From the NCBI GenBank assembly GCA_048940645.1, contig JBHLOI010000016.1:1-64000 (forward strand): a stretch of 64,000 bases of DNA, given 5' to 3'. This document shows positions 10,351-21,703 of the stretch, piece after piece. The position numbers were made by a program, and so were the translations under genes. Under the pieces are notes generated by a model that had not been told where the DNA came from, did no database searches, and saw only the letters and a list, made by a program, of their open reading frames with translations. The DNA is from Promethearchaeota archaeon. Its GTDB lineage: Archaea; Asgardarchaeota; Lokiarchaeia; Sigyniarchaeales; SOKP01. Each line of letters opens with the position of its first letter. Position 1 is the stretch's first letter.

Positions 10351-11574
10351 TTAAGGATAAATAGTCTCTTTTACTAACTCAAGTAAATCGACTACTTCAA
10401 TTTTAGATTTTATTTTCAGAGCAGCCTCTTTTAAATTATTTAGACAAAATGGGCAAGTTGTAGATAAATATTGAGCTTCTGTTTCTTCAGCTTCTTTAAC
10501 TCTATCTTCAGCAATCTCTAATGCTAATTCTGAGAAAACTGATTTTACTCCCCCCCCAGCTCCACAACAATAAGAATATTTGCGATTTCTTCTCATTTCT
10601 ATCAATCCATTTTTACTTATCGCATCTATGACATTCCTTGGAGCATTATATATCCCAGAATGTCTACCTAAATGACATGGATCATGATATGTGATATTTC
10701 CATCCAATTTATTTTCAAATTTTATCTTATTTTGGTTAATTAAATCATCAATGAGTTCAATAGAATGCTTAACTTCGAAATTCCAATCATCAATATAATT
10801 AGGATAGTCATGTTTTATAGTCTTATAACAACCTGCGCAAGTGGTGATTATTTTTTGAGAATTACTGTTTTTAAAAACATTGTAATTATGTTCTGCTACT
10901 TTCTTAAATAACTTTTGGGTACCTGTTCTTAGATTTATTGATCCACAACACCATTCTTCAGGGGAAATAGCTAACTTAAGATTTATTTTCCTGGCAATTT
11001 CTAAAAATGTGATACTTAATTGATTTATGCGATAGGAGGAAGTGCACCCCACAAAAAAGAAGTATTCACCACCCTTCTGTGGAAATTTTGCTTCTTTTGG
11101 GATCCAATTTGTACGATCAGCATGCCTTTCGAAATAGGGATTATGTTCTAATTTTTCATGTTCAAAAATTTCCTTGTGATAAGGCAAGGGTGCAACTCCA
11201 ATATCAACTAAATCTGCCCTTAGACCTTCCCAAATCTCGATATGATCCCCGATGCTTTCCCTAGCGGGAACTGACATGCATGGATTTTCAGGATTATTGC
11301 ATACCTCCCTACAAGCACCACATAAATTACATTGATATATGACCTCTGAAAGTCCATTAGTAGGCTTTATTTTTTCGTTAAGCAGAGCTCTTGCAATTGT
11401 AAATCTCCCCCGAGCGAAAAAAGCCTCAAAACCAGGCCCGTGATCACGCATAGGGCATGTTGACTCAAGTATAGGATTAGAATAGGAGCCTTTTAAAGCT
11501 CCTCGACAATCACCAATCGATACACATGAAAGAATTCTATCTTCTAAATCATGAAGTCTTTTTAATTTACTCAT
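10351..11574 (-). CDS. GlcF/HdrD-like Fe-S oxidoreductase with CCG domains
   Basis: CNLCGACREVC, WCCG, YHDPCHLGR, CCGAGGG, CPFC. Confidence 0.9.
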   Translation of the reverse strand: MSKLKRLHDLEDRILSCVSIGDCRGALKGSYSNPILESTCPMRDHGPGFEAFFARGRFTIARALLNEKIKPTNGLSEVIYQCNLCGACREVCNNPENPCMSVPARESIGDHIEIWEGLRADLVDIGVAPLPYHKEIFEHEKLEHNPYFERHADRTNWIPKEAKFPQKGGEYFFFVGCTSSYRINQLSITFLEIARKINLKLAISPEEWCCGSINLRTGTQKLFKKVAEHNYNVFKNSNSQKIITTCAGCYKTIKHDYPNYIDDWNFEVKHSIELIDDLINQNKIKFENKLDGNITYHDPCHLGRHSGIYNAPRNVIDAISKNGLIEMRRNRKYSYCCGAGGGVKSVFSELALEIAEDRVKEAEETEAQYLSTTCPFCLNNLKEAALKIKSKIEVVDLLELVKETIYP

Positions 11575-11629
11575 TTTTATTAGTAATTTCTTTTTAATGT
11601 TTTTAATTATAAAACTCGATTATTATTTA

Positions 11630-13105
11630 TTATAATCTAAACTTTCCAGGACTTATAATATTATTTGGGTCTACAACTTTCTTAATTTCTCTGAATAAGT
11701 TATAAAAATTATCATTATATATTCGTGAATCTACAAGAATGTGAGATCCAATCTGACCACACATATAAAGTACACAACCTTGTTTCATCAAGAATTCAAG
11801 TTGCTTTTTCCATAATTGGATTACTCCGTCTTTAAGTTCATCATCAGAAGTAGCAGCTAAACCACTACCAATATAACAACTATTATGATTTAACATGACA
11901 ATATGACTTGTTCCAGCTACAGCATCATATTCATTTAAATCCTCATGATGGTTTTCCTCCCATTGATCTAGTTTAATTAAAATTTCTGGATATCTAGATA
12001 TTGGCACAATAACCTCTGTTGTAGCAGCATAATAATCAGGACCTAAAAGTGAAAATCCTGCATGGTATACTTGCCAATGGCCTTGTTCCTCATAAAACCA
12101 TGAGGTTATATTACCCTTTTCTGGAGTTGGTCCTAACTCCCTTGTTGTATGTTTTTTCGCAATATTTTCTAAAATTTCTGAATTTCTTTCCAGAATTTTC
12201 TCATCGAAGGCTTCAGTGACGTAGAAAATTACACCCCCTTTTATATCTCCCCATGGCTTTATTAATCCTTCAGTGGTAATAGCCATCACTTCAGGGGGAG
12301 GCGTAAAAAAGAAGTCATAGATTCCTAAAGACTTAGACCAGCCTTTTTTTATCATTTCTAATACAATTTTTTGGGAGTTTAGATATGAATTATCTTTTAT
12401 AAAAAACGTTTTCCCTGAAAAATACGGGGGTCTCGGATAAATTTTCAATGTTGCCGTCGTTTTTATTCCCATCGTACCATTATCTCCAAGAAAAATTCCC
12501 ATCAAATCAGGACCTAAACCAAGTCGATTAAAAGGGTTCTTTATGAATTGACTTTCTTGAGATCCAAACGTAATTATTTCACCATTTCCTAAAACAATCT
12601 CCAAACCAATACAGTTCTCAGAGCATTTTCCATATTTTGCACAGCCTCCTCCACCTCCAGAGTGATGAGACAACCCTCCTCCAATTGAAGCGTTCAGGCC
12701 TGAACCGGGTCCCATATTTCCGGTATAATAATCTTTATCAAAGAGTAAGGCGTTAAGCCTTGACCAATTAATTCCGCATTGAACCGTAACAGTGTGATTT
12801 TCCTCATCTATATTTAAAATTTTATCCATTCTAGTTAAATCTAGAAGGATTGTTTCTTCAGTAATCGGTTTACTTCCCCCCATCAATCCACAACCACCCC
12901 CACGTGGTAAAATAGGTGTTTTATATTTATTAGCAATGCTAATAATTTCAGATACCTGCTCTGTAGATTCAGGACGAATGGCAATCTGGGGAATTATTTC
13001 TGGCAAACAAGGATTTAAACCCCTTGAATAGGCAACGCAAACATAATCTTTATCAGAACAATACTTATTTCCAACTACATTAACCAAATCATCAATAAGA
13101 GTCAT
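11630..13105 (-). CDS. GlcD-like FAD-binding oxidoreductase
   Basis: PRGGGCGL, ASIGG, GTMGI, DPNNIISPGK. Confidence 0.9.
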   Translation of the reverse strand: MTLIDDLVNVVGNKYCSDKDYVCVAYSRGLNPCLPEIIPQIAIRPESTEQVSEIISIANKYKTPILPRGGGCGLMGGSKPITEETILLDLTRMDKILNIDEENHTVTVQCGINWSRLNALLFDKDYYTGNMGPGSGLNASIGGGLSHHSGGGGGCAKYGKCSENCIGLEIVLGNGEIITFGSQESQFIKNPFNRLGLGPDLMGIFLGDNGTMGIKTTATLKIYPRPPYFSGKTFFIKDNSYLNSQKIVLEMIKKGWSKSLGIYDFFFTPPPEVMAITTEGLIKPWGDIKGGVIFYVTEAFDEKILERNSEILENIAKKHTTRELGPTPEKGNITSWFYEEQGHWQVYHAGFSLLGPDYYAATTEVIVPISRYPEILIKLDQWEENHHEDLNEYDAVAGTSHIVMLNHNSCYIGSGLAATSDDELKDGVIQLWKKQLEFLMKQGCVLYMCGQIGSHILVDSRIYNDNFYNLFREIKKVVDPNNIISPGKFRL

Positions 13106-13143
13106 TTCTTTTCGCTTAAATATTTATTTTGTATTATTAAAAT

Positions 13144-14334
13144 TTAATTTTCAATGTCAAGTTTTTTTATTACCTGCATACAAACTTTATATGCATTAAT
13201 TAAATTTTCAAAATTTAAATTTTCAAATATATCACCCCTAGTATGGTAATAAAATTCTTTCATTGAATGGGGTTTGCTAGTAATGGAAGTAGCAGAGAGA
13301 TTTCTCCTACAGAAACTTAATGAGTCTGTATAAGCAAACAAATTTTTTATTTGTATATTAATATTGAGCTCATGAGCAGATTCTTTTATTAGTTCAATCA
13401 TTTCTTCATTCATCTTTACCAAACCATAAATTTCTGACTTCCCAATTACAAGAGGAGGGTATCTAAATCCAAGCATATCAAGATTTATTATCTTAGCTTT
13501 TTGTATTTCTTCTAAATGCATCATAATGAATGCCTTACTACCTTTTGCACCAATTTCCTCACAACCATAAGTATTAATCCATACCTCAACATTATTTAAT
13601 TTGTTAGAAGATAGATTTTTAGCAATTTCATAACAAACAGCCATTCCTGATAAGTTATCATTAGCACCCATTACAGGATGATTCGATATAATGAATAATA
13701 ATTGGATTAAAGGAGATGGGAGGGTTATAATTAAAAATGTAAATATAATTAGCTCCAAATTATAAAGGTTACCCCCAAACTGGTATATTAGCAATAAGCT
13801 TTTCATTATTAATAGAATTATCAAAATTAAATTTAGTAAAAAGTTAATAGCAATTATAAGTATAAATCCATATTTTAACTTTCTAATTATAGGGAACTCC
13901 CAATTTGAATCTATATGACTTCCTATTATTACCAAAATTTTAGTTTTAGTTTTTGGTTTTATTTTTGCAATAACATTCTGAGATGATTTATTAGGAAAGA
14001 AGATTCTTATGATCTCTTTTACTAAATATACTTCAAAAAAAAAAATCACAAAAGATAACACTGCAAATATTAAACTCAACCACCAAAAATACCAATATGA
14101 AATAACAGCCATACAATATAAAAATGGGGGTAATCTAAATGATGCTTTATAAGCACCAGGAGTTGTATGAAATTCATCGATTATGATCTCATCAGAAAAA
14201 ACCTTTAGCTTACTATGAAGTAATCGTGCGCATTTAGCTTCTTTTTTACTACAAGGTATGCGAGGACCTACTTTCTCACATATTTCAACGATAAAATCCC
14301 TCATACTATTAATAAGCTCTTTATTAACAGACAT
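13144..14334 (-). CDS. Membrane-embedded M28 family peptidase
   Basis: SHIDS, GANDNLSG, CEE, NLD, TD, YHT plus TM segments. Confidence 0.85.
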   Translation of the reverse strand: MSVNKELINSMRDFIVEICEKVGPRIPCSKKEAKCARLLHSKLKVFSDEIIIDEFHTTPGAYKASFRLPPFLYCMAVISYWYFWWLSLIFAVLSFVIFFFEVYLVKEIIRIFFPNKSSQNVIAKIKPKTKTKILVIIGSHIDSNWEFPIIRKLKYGFILIIAINFLLNLILIILLIMKSLLLIYQFGGNLYNLELIIFTFLIITLPSPLIQLLFIISNHPVMGANDNLSGMAVCYEIAKNLSSNKLNNVEVWINTYGCEEIGAKGSKAFIMMHLEEIQKAKIINLDMLGFRYPPLVIGKSEIYGLVKMNEEMIELIKESAHELNINIQIKNLFAYTDSLSFCRRNLSATSITSKPHSMKEFYYHTRGDIFENLNFENLINAYKVCMQVIKKLDIEN

Positions 14335-14464
14335 CTTTATTTTTACTTTTCGAAGAATAAATCAATATTTTTAATTTAGTATGTATAAATTCTAAATATT
14401 ATTTTATAATTTATATTTAAGATTAGATTTCATGAGGGGACTATAAATCAGAAAACCTAAACTT

Positions 14465-15307
14465 ATGTCTTTAGAGGAGGCAATCTCTACTAGTATTCAA
14501 GATGGTGATTTAGTTGGAATAGGAGGTCTCTCTTTTTGGAGGAAGCCAATAAGTGGTTGTCGAGAAATAATAAAACAAAACATAAAAGATTTAACAATAT
14601 GTACATTTGTTGGTGGAATTGAGGTTGATATGCTAGTTGGCGGAGGATGTGTTTCTGAAGTTAGATCGTGTTTTGTAGGAATGGAAATTTTTGGAATGGC
14701 TCCACATTATAGAAAAGCAGTGGAAAATGGCTCTATAAAGATATCTGAAGAAAGTGAAGCAACAATAGCACTAGGATTAAGGAGCTCCTATCTTAAAGTA
14801 CCCTTTATGCCCTTAAAGGGTATAATAGGAACAGACCTTCCAAAAGTTAGAAATGATATCAAACAAATTGAAGACCCGTTAGGATCTGGAACTCAATTAA
14901 TGGCTGTACCTAAAATCGATTTAGATGTAGCAATATTGCACGTACCTTATGCAGATGAGTTTGGTAATGGGAATATAGCAGGAGCAGTATGGATGGACGC
15001 TGATATGGCAAAAACAGCCAAAAAAACAATAATTACTTGCGAAAAAGTAGTGGAAACGGAAGATATACGCCATCTACCCGGTAAAGCACAATTACCAATT
15101 CAAACAACGAGTGCTGTCGTTAAAATGCCTTTTGGAGCACATCCCACTTCATGTTACAACTACTATACATTCGATGCATTACATATTCAAGAATATCTTA
15201 AAATGAATTTTAGTGAATATAAAAAGAAGTTTATCGATGTTAAATCTCATGCGGAATACTTAGAAAATGCAGGTGGAATTAAAATGATATTAAATATTTT
15301 GTTATAA
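14465..15307 (+). CDS. gctA: Family I CoA-transferase subunit A (glutaconate CoA-transferase-like)
   Basis: DGDLVGIGG, PFMP, DLDVAILH, ADEFGN, PFGAHPTSC. Confidence 0.85.
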   Translation: MSLEEAISTSIQDGDLVGIGGLSFWRKPISGCREIIKQNIKDLTICTFVGGIEVDMLVGGGCVSEVRSCFVGMEIFGMAPHYRKAVENGSIKISEESEATIALGLRSSYLKVPFMPLKGIIGTDLPKVRNDIKQIEDPLGSGTQLMAVPKIDLDVAILHVPYADEFGNGNIAGAVWMDADMAKTAKKTIITCEKVVETEDIRHLPGKAQLPIQTTSAVVKMPFGAHPTSCYNYYTFDALHIQEYLKMNFSEYKKKFIDVKSHAEYLENAGGIKMILNILL

Positions 15308-15502
15308 TTATAAACTATTTTTAAGTTACTTTTCTTATCTTCAATCTAAATAGCGGTTTAGGCATTAATTTTTCAATTTTTATGAATAATTCGAAAGATT
15401 AAAAAGTGTACTTAGATAAACTAATTGCAAAATGAATAGGTTTTGATTTATCAACTTAAATCTTTAATCTATTTCTTATAAAAATTAGGAGTAATCTTCA
15501 AA

Positions 15503-15994
15503 ATGATTTATTTGGAAGTCAAATTACCAGACATTCCAGGAAGTTTAATCGAAATAATTAAACCAATCTCCCAAAATGGTGGTAATATTTATGGTATATT
15601 ACACCACCATGATAAAAAAATAAAAAATATGATTCCTGTTAATGTTTGGTTTGAATTAAACGAGGAATATATTGATTTATCTATAAAAAATATTCAAAAG
15701 GATTTATTTGAAAAAAATATAGAAATCACTAAAATTTCCATAGGTTCTAAAAATAAGACGTTGTCTTTTATATTATCTGGGCATGTTTTTGATACTGATA
15801 TAACAGAAACATTTAAACAGTTGGATTCAAAACATATTAAAGTTCTTGAACTGCAAGCAAAATTTACAAGATTAGATGAAATAAGTGATGTAAAAATGAA
15901 GGTAGAGTTTCCTGAATCAATGGCAAAATCTGAATTAATTCATGAAATTGAAAAAATCTGTAAAGAAAAAGGTCTCTTCTTAATAAAATCTTAA
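15503..15994 (+). CDS. Tandem ACT-domain protein (homoserine dehydrogenase regulator)
   Basis: LPDIPGSL..IIKPISQNGGNI, GHVFDTD; upstream of hom. Confidence 0.82.
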   Translation: MIYLEVKLPDIPGSLIEIIKPISQNGGNIYGILHHHDKKIKNMIPVNVWFELNEEYIDLSIKNIQKDLFEKNIEITKISIGSKNKTLSFILSGHVFDTDITETFKQLDSKHIKVLELQAKFTRLDEISDVKMKVEFPESMAKSELIHEIEKICKEKGLFLIKS

Positions 15995-16075
15995 TAGATT
16001 AAAGATATTCTATCCAAGAAATTGGGAATTTTTTTTGAGAAAATATTCTGTTATAACCTAACTAAGTGTATCAAT

Positions 16076-17107
16076 ATGGAATTAAAAATATGTTTAATCG
16101 GAAAAGGTAATGTAGGTACATGCTTCATACAATTATTAAAGAAAAAAAAAGAAATTATTAGAGAGCTTTATAATTGCAATTGTAAATTAGTAGCAGTTTT
16201 TGAATTCGATGGCGCTCTAATTAATGAAAATGGAATAAATTTAGATGAGTTATCAACCAATAACAATTTTAAAAAGAGTGAATTTTGGAAAAAAAGTTTA
16301 AAAGCTATAGATTTAATTCCTAAATTAAACATAGATATCTGCATCGATACTACACCTACTAATCCAAATACTGGAGAACCCGCACTTACACATATTTTAG
16401 AAGCTTTAAATAACAATATTGACGTAATTTCATCAAATAAAGCACCTTTTTTTTTGCAATATAAAAGAATTAAAAATTTAGCAGACAAAAAGAAATGCTT
16501 TATAAAGTATGAAGCAACAGTGGCTAGTTGTGTTCCTGCTTTATCTATTAAAAATAATCTCATAGGAAATACAATTATTCGAATTAAGGCAATATTGAAT
16601 GGTACTAATAATTATATTTTAAGTCGAATGACATCTGAGAGAATTCCTTTCGAAGTAGCATTAAAAGAGGCACAAGAGTTAGGATATGCTGAAGCAGATC
16701 CTAGCTTAGATGTGGGAGGATATGACACAGCTGGAAAATTAGTAATTCTAGCAAATGAATTACTTGGATGGTCGAAATCTATTAAAGATGTAAAAATTGA
16801 AGGGATCACTAAAATTACGCTGAATGCTTTGGAACTAGCTAAATTAGATGGTTATGTCATAAAACATCTAGCTATTGCAGAAGAAAATAATTTAATTGTA
16901 GAACCTAGGTTGGTTAGAAGAGATTCACCTTTAAATATAGGAGGGATATTAAATCTTATAGAACTTCAAACGAAATATGCAGGACCTATAATTTTAATGG
17001 GAAAAGGGGCCGGAGGTTTTGAAGCAGCCTCAGCAATACTTAACGATCTCATCAATATCATTAAAGAAAGAAATAAAATAAATAGAATCTTAATTAATAA
17101 CTTATAG
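16076..17107 (+). CDS. hom: Homoserine dehydrogenase
   Basis: GKGNVG, SNKAP, YEATV, ILNGTNNYIL, AQELGYAEADP, GKGAG. Confidence 0.95.
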   Translation: MELKICLIGKGNVGTCFIQLLKKKKEIIRELYNCNCKLVAVFEFDGALINENGINLDELSTNNNFKKSEFWKKSLKAIDLIPKLNIDICIDTTPTNPNTGEPALTHILEALNNNIDVISSNKAPFFLQYKRIKNLADKKKCFIKYEATVASCVPALSIKNNLIGNTIIRIKAILNGTNNYILSRMTSERIPFEVALKEAQELGYAEADPSLDVGGYDTAGKLVILANELLGWSKSIKDVKIEGITKITLNALELAKLDGYVIKHLAIAEENNLIVEPRLVRRDSPLNIGGILNLIELQTKYAGPIILMGKGAGGFEAASAILNDLINIIKERNKINRILINNL

Positions 17108-17118
17108 AGTTATTTAAT

Positions 17119-18483
17119 ATGAAATTTCATTCTACAAATTATAATTCTAAAGAGGTAGATTTTAAAACTGTTATTTTGCAAGGTCAAGCCTTTGATAAAG
17201 GTTTATACATGTTAAATAAAATCCCAAAACTAAATAAAAAGATACTTGATTCTCTTAAAAACATGGATTTTGCTGAAATCGTGTTAAAAATAATTTCAAA
17301 ATTCATTAGAAATATTATACCGGAAGATAAACTTAAAAAATTGGTTAAAACTGCCTTAAATTTTAAAATTCCTATTGAGAAAATTACAAATAACGATTAT
17401 TTATGCTATTTAGATCATGGTCCTACATGTAGCTTCAAAGATTTTGGAGCACGAATGCTGGCTAAAATAATGGAACATTTTCTTGAAATTGAAAATAAAA
17501 AATTGACAATATTAACAGCAACTTCAGGAGATACAGGAGGAGCTGTTGCTCACGCTTTTTATGAAATACCTAGAATTAATGTTATTATTTTATATCCTAA
17601 AAATGAAATTAGCGATTTACAGAGAAAACAAATGACAACTCTAGGTAAAAATGTAATTGCTTTAGGGATAAACAAGAAATTTGATGATTGTCAAAATTTA
17701 GTAAAGATTGCTTTTACAGATAAAGATTTACAAAGTATTAATCTATCTTCTGCGAATTCTATAAACTTTGGGCGATTATTCCCTCAAACTTTATATTATT
17801 TCTGGAGTTATTCCCGCATTATCGAAAGAAAAGAGGAGGAAGTTATATTTTCTGTTCCTTCAGGAAATTTCGGAAATCTTACTGCAGGTTTAATTGCTAA
17901 GAGAATGGGGCTTCCAGTTAAGAGATTTATTGCAGCTGTTAATGAAAATGATGAATTTCCCAAATTTTTAAGAGCTGGAATTTATAAAAAAGTTGAACCC
18001 TCGAAAAATTGCATATCTAACGCTATGAATGTGGGGCATCCTTCAAATTTAGCTAGAATATTTGATCTTTATGGAGGTCAAATAGATGAAACTGGTTACG
18101 TTCATAAAACACCAAATATGGAAGAAATTCGGAAAGACATCATTTCATATTCCATAAGTGATACCGCTACTAAAGATACAATTATTGAATTTTATGATAA
18201 ATATAAAAAAATAATAGAGCCTCACGGAGCCGTAGGATGGGCTGCTCTTCAGATTTATCGTATTAATTATCTAGAACAAAAAAGCGTTAAATCGATAACA
18301 TTTGAGACTGCCAATCCATCAAAATTTCCAGATGAGATAATTTCATCAATAAATATTATTCCAGAAATACCAAATTCATTAAAAAAAATAAGAGGTAACA
18401 AAGAACTCCCAAATCTAACAAAAATTAGAAATTATCAAGATTTTAAGAGCTTTTTATTGGAAGAATTAAGTAATAAAAATTAG
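17119..18483 (+). CDS. thrC: Threonine synthase (bacterial/E. coli-like class)
   Basis: HGPTCSFKDFG, ATSGDTG, SANSINFGR, VPSGNFGN. Confidence 0.95.
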   Translation: MKFHSTNYNSKEVDFKTVILQGQAFDKGLYMLNKIPKLNKKILDSLKNMDFAEIVLKIISKFIRNIIPEDKLKKLVKTALNFKIPIEKITNNDYLCYLDHGPTCSFKDFGARMLAKIMEHFLEIENKKLTILTATSGDTGGAVAHAFYEIPRINVIILYPKNEISDLQRKQMTTLGKNVIALGINKKFDDCQNLVKIAFTDKDLQSINLSSANSINFGRLFPQTLYYFWSYSRIIERKEEEVIFSVPSGNFGNLTAGLIAKRMGLPVKRFIAAVNENDEFPKFLRAGIYKKVEPSKNCISNAMNVGHPSNLARIFDLYGGQIDETGYVHKTPNMEEIRKDIISYSISDTATKDTIIEFYDKYKKIIEPHGAVGWAALQIYRINYLEQKSVKSITFETANPSKFPDEIISSINIIPEIPNSLKKIRGNKELPNLTKIRNYQDFKSFLLEELSNKN

Positions 18484-18493
18484 TATTTATTAT

Positions 18494-19105
18494 CTAATCA
18501 GATAATCCTAAATAGTTGGAAATTAAAGTTTTTAACTCAGAATACTCATTAACCACTTTAAATTGTGGAAATTCATCAACAACATTTTTTGGAGGTCTGA
18601 AAAGAATACTATGTCTAGCCTCTAATAACATTGGTACGTCATTGTAAGAATCTCCAGCCGCAATTACTTCATAATTTAGCATTTTAAGAGCTAAAACTGT
18701 TTTCTTTTTCATTTCCTTAATACGTATTTTATAATTAAGTATTATCCCATCTTTATCAGTTTCAAGATTATGACAAAAGCAAATAGGATAGGATAACTTT
18801 TTCATAAAAGGCATTACAAATTCAATAAAACTATCAGTTACTATAACTACTTGGGCAATGGTTCGAATATAATCAAGGAATTCTTTTGCTCCTGGTAATA
18901 GTTCCATATTCAAAATAATATCTTGAATCTCTTTTAATGAAATTTCATGTTTTCTTAATAATTCTATTCTATTTTTCATAAGTACGCCATAATCAGGAAT
19001 ATCTCTTGTAGTCAACTTAAGTTCACCAATTCCAGTTGATTTACTTACTGCAATCCATATTTCAGGCGTTAAGACTCCCTCTAAATCAAAACAGACAATA
19101 TACAT
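18494..19105 (-). CDS. thrH: Phosphoserine phosphatase / phosphoserine:homoserine phosphotransferase
   Basis: DLEGVLTPEIW, TTRDIPDY, AAGDSYND. Confidence 0.92.
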   Translation of the reverse strand: MYIVCFDLEGVLTPEIWIAVSKSTGIGELKLTTRDIPDYGVLMKNRIELLRKHEISLKEIQDIILNMELLPGAKEFLDYIRTIAQVVIVTDSFIEFVMPFMKKLSYPICFCHNLETDKDGIILNYKIRIKEMKKKTVLALKMLNYEVIAAGDSYNDVPMLLEARHSILFRPPKNVVDEFPQFKVVNEYSELKTLISNYLGLSD

Positions 19106-19304
19106 AACAAACCTTTTATATAACTTTTTATATTGACTTTTATTAAATCCCAATTAATATGGATTATTTTAAGATTGTATTTTTATAATATCTTAAACCT
19201 TTTATATATAATGAACAAAATTTAAGTTGAATCACTTGAGGAATAAGCTGGATTAAAAACAATTTTAAATATTTTATCATATTAAGAATGAAAAGTGTTA
19301 TTAT

Positions 19305-20117
19305 ATGAATAAAACTGAAAAAATAAATCAAACATTAGAAATAATCAAAAACCGAAGAACTATTCGTGCATATAAACCAATACCATTATCTCAGGAAGAA
19401 ATTGATACTATTATTTATGGGGCAATGAGAGCTCCCACAGCAGGAAATATGATGTTATATTCCATCATTCAGGTGACAGAACAAAAAAACAAGGAAAAGT
19501 TGGCAATAACTTGTGATAATCAACCTCATATCGCAAAATCTCCTTTAGTTCTAATTTTCTTAGCAGATATGCAACGTTGGTGGGATTATTTTCAATTTAG
19601 TAAGGTTTCCAATCTATGTAAAGAAATGGGTATTAAATTTGAAATTCCACAAGAATCAGACTTATTACTTGCATGTTGCGATGCCTTAATCGCTGCACAA
19701 AACGCAGTCATCACAGCTGAGTCATTAGGAATAGGTTCTTGTTATATAGGTGATATTATGGAAAACATCGAAATACACCGTGAAATGTTTGATCTACCTA
19801 AATGGGTATTTCCTATTACAATGGTCTGTTTTGGATATCCTAAGGGTGATAAAGAAAAGATACCACTAAAAGAACGATTCCCCAAGAAATTCATCCATTT
19901 TATCGACAATTATAAGAGACTATCAAAAGAAAATTTTACTGAAATGTTTCTTAATGTAAATAGAGATTTTAATATAAAATTTGCAAAGAATTTAGGACAA
20001 CAATTTTATTTTGGGAAATCAGGCGCTGATTTTTCAAAAGAAATGCGTCGATCTGTTAAAGTTGCTATTAATGATTGGATTACAAAAAATAATGAAAGAG
20101 GCTTAAAAAATGAGTGA
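19305..20117 (+). CDS. Nitroreductase family (NfsA-like)
   Basis: RRTIRAY, APTAGN, AAQN..AESLGIGSCYIG. Confidence 0.9.
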   Translation: MNKTEKINQTLEIIKNRRTIRAYKPIPLSQEEIDTIIYGAMRAPTAGNMMLYSIIQVTEQKNKEKLAITCDNQPHIAKSPLVLIFLADMQRWWDYFQFSKVSNLCKEMGIKFEIPQESDLLLACCDALIAAQNAVITAESLGIGSCYIGDIMENIEIHREMFDLPKWVFPITMVCFGYPKGDKEKIPLKERFPKKFIHFIDNYKRLSKENFTEMFLNVNRDFNIKFAKNLGQQFYFGKSGADFSKEMRRSVKVAINDWITKNNERGLKNE

Positions 20118-20988
20118 AATCTCAAAAGATTATACTATGGATGAAATGATGACAGTTTTAATGGCAAGAGAGGTACGAAACGATGATGTTATGATTGTTG
20201 GAGTTGCCACTCCAATGGTTTGGGCTGCATTTACATTAGCAAAAGTAACTCATGCGCCTGATGCAATATACCATTATATTATGGGTAATACTTTTGTGAT
20301 GGAAGCTCGTCAAGTTTCTTTATTATATCTTGAAATGAATACAGCAAGAGCATATCGATTTCAAGATAGCGTAGAATGTACTCTTGAATCTCTACCCTCC
20401 GATAAACTAACTACTATTGAATTCTTTAGACCCGCCCAAATTGACCAATATGGAAATAGTAATAATATATGTATAGGAGATTGGAATAAACCCAAAATAA
20501 GGCTTCCAGGGGCAGCAGGCATTTTAGATTTTAGCATGTTTTATACACGTGGGTCTTTCCTCTATACACCGAGACACAATACAAGAACGTTCGTCCCTAC
20601 TGAAAAACTTGATTTTATCTCCGGTGTAGGCTTTCCCAATGGAAAATACTCTATATGTGGTGGTTCAGGCCCTCAGTGTGTTATAACAAATTTGGCCTAT
20701 TTAGATTTTGATGATGTTTCCAAAAGGATGAGATTAGGATCACTTCATCCTGGAGTGACCCTTGAAACTCTTAAAGATTCAACTGGATTTGATTTAATTA
20801 TCCCAAAAAAAGTAAAGTTGACTGATCCACCTACAGTTTCTGAAATCTCTATATTAAGAAAAAAAGTGGATCCTTTAAATATTAGAAAGTTAGAGGTATT
20901 ATCTGGAAAAGAACGTGAAGATCTGTTGAATGAAGTTATTGAACTTGAATTGAGAAGAGAAAATAAATTTCCCAAATTACTAATTTAA
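20110..20988 (+). CDS. gctB: Family I CoA-transferase subunit B
   Basis: AQIDQYGNSN, RLPGAAG, LDFISG, LHPGVT, TGFDL. Confidence 0.85.
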   Translation: MSEISKDYTMDEMMTVLMAREVRNDDVMIVGVATPMVWAAFTLAKVTHAPDAIYHYIMGNTFVMEARQVSLLYLEMNTARAYRFQDSVECTLESLPSDKLTTIEFFRPAQIDQYGNSNNICIGDWNKPKIRLPGAAGILDFSMFYTRGSFLYTPRHNTRTFVPTEKLDFISGVGFPNGKYSICGGSGPQCVITNLAYLDFDDVSKRMRLGSLHPGVTLETLKDSTGFDLIIPKKVKLTDPPTVSEISILRKKVDPLNIRKLEVLSGKEREDLLNEVIELELRRENKFPKLLI

Positions 20989-21011
20989 AGGATTAAAAAA
21001 AATGATGTAAA

Positions 21012-21617
21012 TTATTTTGCGTCTCGAACCATAAACCAAAATGGTAAATTCATTGGTTCTCCAAGATCTTTTTTCTTATAAACATAAAATCCATACTTTT
21101 CATAGAGTGAAACATTCTTTTCAGTTTGAGTCTCTAAATACATGGGTTTGCTTTCTATATCCGCTTTTTCAACCAATGCTCTTAATAATTTTCCTCCGTA
21201 ACCCTTCCCCTGAAATTCCTGTGAAACACCAACAATAAACAGATATATATAGGGGCCAATATCAAGGTTTTTCTTCACATCTTCTATTGCTTCAATATTT
21301 TGCTCCATCACCTTTCTAAATTTCATTAATTTCAAAGAAAGAAAAAAACCACCACTTAGGAAAATTCTAGATACTGACATATCACTTTTATCATGAGGTA
21401 AAATTGCCATTACTCCTTCAAAATCATCAGACGTTGCAAAAACACTTCCATATTTAATACAAAACTTAAGCATAACCTTAAACTGTATACGGCGATCATC
21501 ATCTTCTTTAAATACTATTTGCATCACTGGATCTTCTGTATATGCACTCACAAGTACATCTGCTGCTTTCCTAACGTCTTTTTTACTTAATTTAAATAAT
21601 TCACTCATTAATGACAT
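21012..21617 (-). CDS. GNAT acetyltransferase
   Basis: QGKGYGG, YLET, NVSLYEKYGF. Confidence 0.9.
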   Translation of the reverse strand: MSLMSELFKLSKKDVRKAADVLVSAYTEDPVMQIVFKEDDDRRIQFKVMLKFCIKYGSVFATSDDFEGVMAILPHDKSDMSVSRIFLSGGFFLSLKLMKFRKVMEQNIEAIEDVKKNLDIGPYIYLFIVGVSQEFQGKGYGGKLLRALVEKADIESKPMYLETQTEKNVSLYEKYGFYVYKKKDLGEPMNLPFWFMVRDAK

Positions 21618-21703
21618 AATGATTAAGTTAGATGAGAAGAGATTTAAACTTAATTAACATTTTTAAATCTTCAATTGAAGAAGTAATTAGAAAATAGAAA
21701 TTA

